A stretch of 64,000 bases of DNA, from assembly GCA_043810925.1 (NCBI GenBank), contig JBDRNT010000104.1, positions 14,242 through 78,241 on the forward strand, written 5' to 3'. Position numbers and translations under genes: made by a program. The DNA comes from Candidatus Eiseniibacteriota bacterium (GTDB lineage Bacteria; Arandabacterota; Arandabacteria; Arandabacterales; Arandabacteraceae). Shown here piece after piece: positions 61,280 to 64,000 of the stretch (the first letter of the stretch is position 1; each line of letters opens with the position of its first letter). Under the pieces are notes generated by a model. It ran no database searches and had not been told where the DNA came from. It saw only the letters and a program-made list of their open reading frames with translations.

Positions 61280-61989
61280 AAGCAGTGATTCTTAACTCCG
61301 GAACCGGCTCCCGGATGGGAGACCTGACACGGTCCAGACCCAAGTGCCTTGTTGATCTTTCAACCGGCGAGACCATCCTGTCAAGACAGATCGGCCAGAT
61401 CAGAAGCTGCGGCATCACGGATTTCATCATAACGACAGGGCCGTTTGAGCACATGATCGAAGAGTATGTGAACGCGACTTTTCCAGGTGTCACCGTGAGT
61501 TACATCCACAACCCGGATTACAGGGAAACCAACTACATAGTCTCGATGCACCTGGCCGGCGGACTGCTAAGGGATGAGATCCTTCTCCTCCACGGGGATA
61601 TCGTGACCACGGAAGATATGGTGAGGGACGTCATCGAATTTGCAGAGCCCAATGCGGCCGTCATAGACTCCACCGCGGGGCTACCGGCGGATGATTTTAA
61701 GGCCCGGCTGGTAGATGGGCTGATAACGGAGATCGGGGTGGATGTCGCCGGTTCCCACTGCGTGGCCTTGCTTCCCGTATACAGCCTCTCACGAGACTTC
61801 ATGAATGTCTGGATGGATGAGATCGCTCTGCTTGTCGAGGCCGGTGAGCTCGGTGTTTACGCCGAAGAGGCGTTCAACAGGAGATCGGCCGATCTGCCGC
61901 TGAGTCCGGTCGATTGCGCCCGGAGACTTTGCATGGAAGTCGACACGCCTGAGGATCTCGAAAAGGCAATGAAGTCGATCGGACTGTGA
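61276..61989 (+). CDS. LicC/PntC-like nucleotidyltransferase
   Basis: 237 aa. N-terminal MKAVILNSGTGSRMG...PKCLV (GxGxR NTP-transferase motif). ATGA overlap with ppd. Confidence 0.78.
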   Translation: MKAVILNSGTGSRMGDLTRSRPKCLVDLSTGETILSRQIGQIRSCGITDFIITTGPFEHMIEEYVNATFPGVTVSYIHNPDYRETNYIVSMHLAGGLLRDEILLLHGDIVTTEDMVRDVIEFAEPNAAVIDSTAGLPADDFKARLVDGLITEIGVDVAGSHCVALLPVYSLSRDFMNVWMDEIALLVEAGELGVYAEEAFNRRSADLPLSPVDCARRLCMEVDTPEDLEKAMKSIGL

Positions 61990-61993
61990 CAGT

Positions 61994-63127
61994 ATGAAAC
62001 AAGTTGAAATGGAAGGTTGGGGAAGTCTCGGTGAGTTGCCCGGTGTGCTTGAGAGCATCGGGGCAAAGAAGATCTTCCTCGTCACGGGGAAAACCTCTTA
62101 TGCCGGCAGCGGTGCCCGGAAAATCCTGGACGAACTCCTCCATCCATACGTTGTCACGAGGTTCTGTGATTTCAGCGCGGAACGTGATCCCGATGAGATC
62201 GCCAGGGGTGCGGAGCTCCTGAGAAGCATCGAGTTTGATGCGGTCGTCGCTGTAGGTGGTGGTACGGTCATCGACACGGCCAAGCTGATCTCTATTCTGA
62301 CCGCAAACAAGGGTGATGTCAGGAAGTACATCAAGCGAGATCTGCCGCTTGAAAGCAAAGGGCTGCCGCTTGTGGCCGTGCCGACCACGGCGGGCTCCGG
62401 CAGTGAAAGCACTCACTTTGCAGTGGTCTACATGGACAAGATAAAATACTCCGTGGCTCATGAATACATGTTGCCGGATTACTGCATAGTCGATCCGTCC
62501 CTGACGATGACCCTTCCGGCTGATGTGACGGCCTCAACCGGGCTGGATGCTCTGGCCCAGGCCGTTGAGTCATACTGGTCCATAAACTCGACCGCTGAAT
62601 CAAGAGGCTACTCAAGAAGGGCCCTCGAACTGGCCGCCGGGCACCTTAGGAGCGCCGCCACGAGGCCGGACAAGAAGTCACGCCAGGCGATGGCGGAGGC
62701 ATCTCACCTTTCCGGTAAGGCCATAAACATCGCCAAGACAACGGTCGCCCACGCTGTATCCTATTACTTCACGGCCCATCACAACGTTCCGCACGGTCAT
62801 GCGGTAGCGCTCACACTCGGCAGCTTCATAAGGTTTAACAGCATGGTCGGCGCCGAAGATGTGGCCGACGAACGCGGTCTCGACCACGTCAAAGGCTGTA
62901 TCGGTGAAATCCTGAGGATTCTCGGTGCCGAAAGCGGTGATGAGGGCGCCGGTGTGATTGAGAATCTTATGCAGGAATTGGGCCTTGAGACCGACATCGG
63001 GAAGTTGGGTCTGAGTGGAAAGGAGGAGGTCGATCGTCTTGTAGGCAGTATCAACGTCGAGCGTCTGAAGAACAACCCGCGGAAGATTGAACCGCAGGAC
63101 ATCCCCGGGATAATTGGCGCACGATGA
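61994..63127 (+). CDS. group III iron-containing alcohol dehydrogenase (phosphonoacetaldehyde reductase candidate, PhpC/FomC-like)
   Basis: 377 aa. Motifs AVGGGTVIDTAK, VAVPTTAGSGSE and the His cluster HAVSYYFTAHHNVPHGHAVAL. Confidence 0.8.
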   Translation: MKQVEMEGWGSLGELPGVLESIGAKKIFLVTGKTSYAGSGARKILDELLHPYVVTRFCDFSAERDPDEIARGAELLRSIEFDAVVAVGGGTVIDTAKLISILTANKGDVRKYIKRDLPLESKGLPLVAVPTTAGSGSESTHFAVVYMDKIKYSVAHEYMLPDYCIVDPSLTMTLPADVTASTGLDALAQAVESYWSINSTAESRGYSRRALELAAGHLRSAATRPDKKSRQAMAEASHLSGKAINIAKTTVAHAVSYYFTAHHNVPHGHAVALTLGSFIRFNSMVGAEDVADERGLDHVKGCIGEILRILGAESGDEGAGVIENLMQELGLETDIGKLGLSGKEEVDRLVGSINVERLKNNPRKIEPQDIPGIIGAR

Positions 63128-63156
63128 GGTGGTGCTCTGACTGAGATCGGCCGGGC

Positions 63157-63948
63157 ATGGGAGTGATGAGGGAGTTTCTCAAAGGAATCGGACCGCTCAG
63201 GCGGTCTGTCAGACGATCCAAGAGGTTTACGAAGGCCCTCGGATACAGGCTGCACAGAGTCGTCAATGTCTTCGATCCCCAGCGACGAACCGAATGCACA
63301 CGCAACACCACGCGATGCGGGGATGACATTCACAGCGCCCATTACGGTTACTGGTATCTGGGAGAGAACACACCCGTGTGCTGCACGAGCAATCTCGTCG
63401 GGGTATTTTTCTGGCTGGTCGACATCCTCGACGCAAACGAGATACCGTATTTCATTCTCTGGGGTACCCACTTGGGAGCCGTCAGGCACAAGGGCCTGAT
63501 CCCGTGGGATTTCGATATCGATATCGGTATTGAGGCCACGCATGAGCGCAAGTTGATGGACCTGATAGGAGAGAGAGGCCAGGAAAAAGGGTATCACATA
63601 GTAAGAGATGACGACTATGTGATAAGGATAGCCTATAGCAGGATGAACCGCCAGCACGTGGATATCGAACTCTGGTACGATGATGACATGGCCGACGGAA
63701 GTCTCTTCACGCACACTTTCTATGGCAGGATCAGCATACCCCGTAGCGAGGTCTATCCTCTTGCGGCCTACACCTTCCATGGCAGGACCGTGACAGGGCC
63801 GAAGGAAGACACCTACCTGAGGAAGATCTTCGGGGACACCATATATACGCACGGGTACCGGAGTTCGGATCTGACGGATGACAGCGAGTTTCCCTTAAAC
63901 AACCCCGAACCCGCTCGGATAAGAGAATCTGACTTGACCTCGCCGTGA
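63157..63948 (+). CDS. LicD family phospho(no)-headgroup transferase
   Basis: 263 aa. LicD core YFILWGTHLGAVRHKGLIPWDFDIDIGI. Cys-rich ~85-aa N-terminal extension. Confidence 0.8.
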   Translation: MGVMREFLKGIGPLRRSVRRSKRFTKALGYRLHRVVNVFDPQRRTECTRNTTRCGDDIHSAHYGYWYLGENTPVCCTSNLVGVFFWLVDILDANEIPYFILWGTHLGAVRHKGLIPWDFDIDIGIEATHERKLMDLIGERGQEKGYHIVRDDDYVIRIAYSRMNRQHVDIELWYDDDMADGSLFTHTFYGRISIPRSEVYPLAAYTFHGRTVTGPKEDTYLRKIFGDTIYTHGYRSSDLTDDSEFPLNNPEPARIRESDLTSP

Positions 63949-64000
63949 CAACACGGTATCATAGAAAGTGATCATTGTTTTGACCCTGAGTGTGGCGGCA

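Noticed and set aside
58527-64000. Calling the phosphonate cassette a mobile genomic island
   Set aside because: No integrase, transposase or repeat of the tRNA 3' end is present in the available sequence, and composition is not obviously different by eye. It is kept only as a hypothesis in the findings.
1-64000. CRISPR arrays, IS elements, prophage or defence-system genes
   Set aside because: I saw no direct-repeat/spacer arrays, no transposase- or integrase-like ORFs and no recognisable defence genes in any frame. The only tandem repeats seen are the 15-bp x3 repeat in clpC, (GT)5, and the G homopolymers.

Overview
High-GC, very gene-dense 64-kb segment from an LPS-making (diderm) bacterium, probably an uncultured lineage. 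I call 57 protein genes, 55 of them on the + strand, many with 4-nt start/stop overlaps. I also call one tRNA. I saw no transposase, integrase, CRISPR array or rRNA. Gene order: polA 3' end, coaE, prfB (with +1 frameshift), lysS; lolC/E-lolD; mcsA-mcsB-clpC; bamA-skp-lpxD-lpxC/fabZ-lpxA; an intrinsic terminator; a Gfo/Idh/MocA oxidoreductase, lpxB, a DUF374 (LpxJ-like) gene, waaA, lpxK; nadB; a Memo-AMMECR1 fusion with a lipoprotein-type signal; a (-) fused MFS/spermidine-synthase-like gene; a Minf_1886-like gene and hsp20. An LPS-core block follows: three GT9 heptosyltransferase-like genes, msbA and gmhB. Then come DUF3108 and a deoxyhypusine-synthase-like gene. The only sizeable non-coding stretch is 34877-35260. 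It holds a near-consensus sigma54 promoter, two TTGCA-N3-TGCA inverted repeats, a near-consensus extended -10 sigma70 promoter, and a ~170-nt leader ending in an intrinsic terminator just before the RBS of a wza-like gene. Downstream lies a ~20-kb exopolysaccharide locus (35261-55197): Wza, Wzz, a BY-kinase-like protein lacking the P-loop lysine, GT39, an O-antigen-ligase/Wzy-like protein, a WbpB/E/D-like trio, a priming sugar transferase, a radical SAM/SPASM enzyme, a duplicated GT4 pair, CE4-like proteins and a FemAB-like protein. The window ends with galT-like + glgA, a GT2, tRNA-Gly(GCC), and a phosphonate cassette. That cassette has a cytidylyltransferase-PEP mutase fusion, phosphonopyruvate decarboxylase, a LicC-like nucleotidyltransferase, an Fe-alcohol dehydrogenase and LicD. 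I consider it, together with the EPS regulatory region, the most interesting part. All calls rest on motif recognition by eye; no database search was possible.
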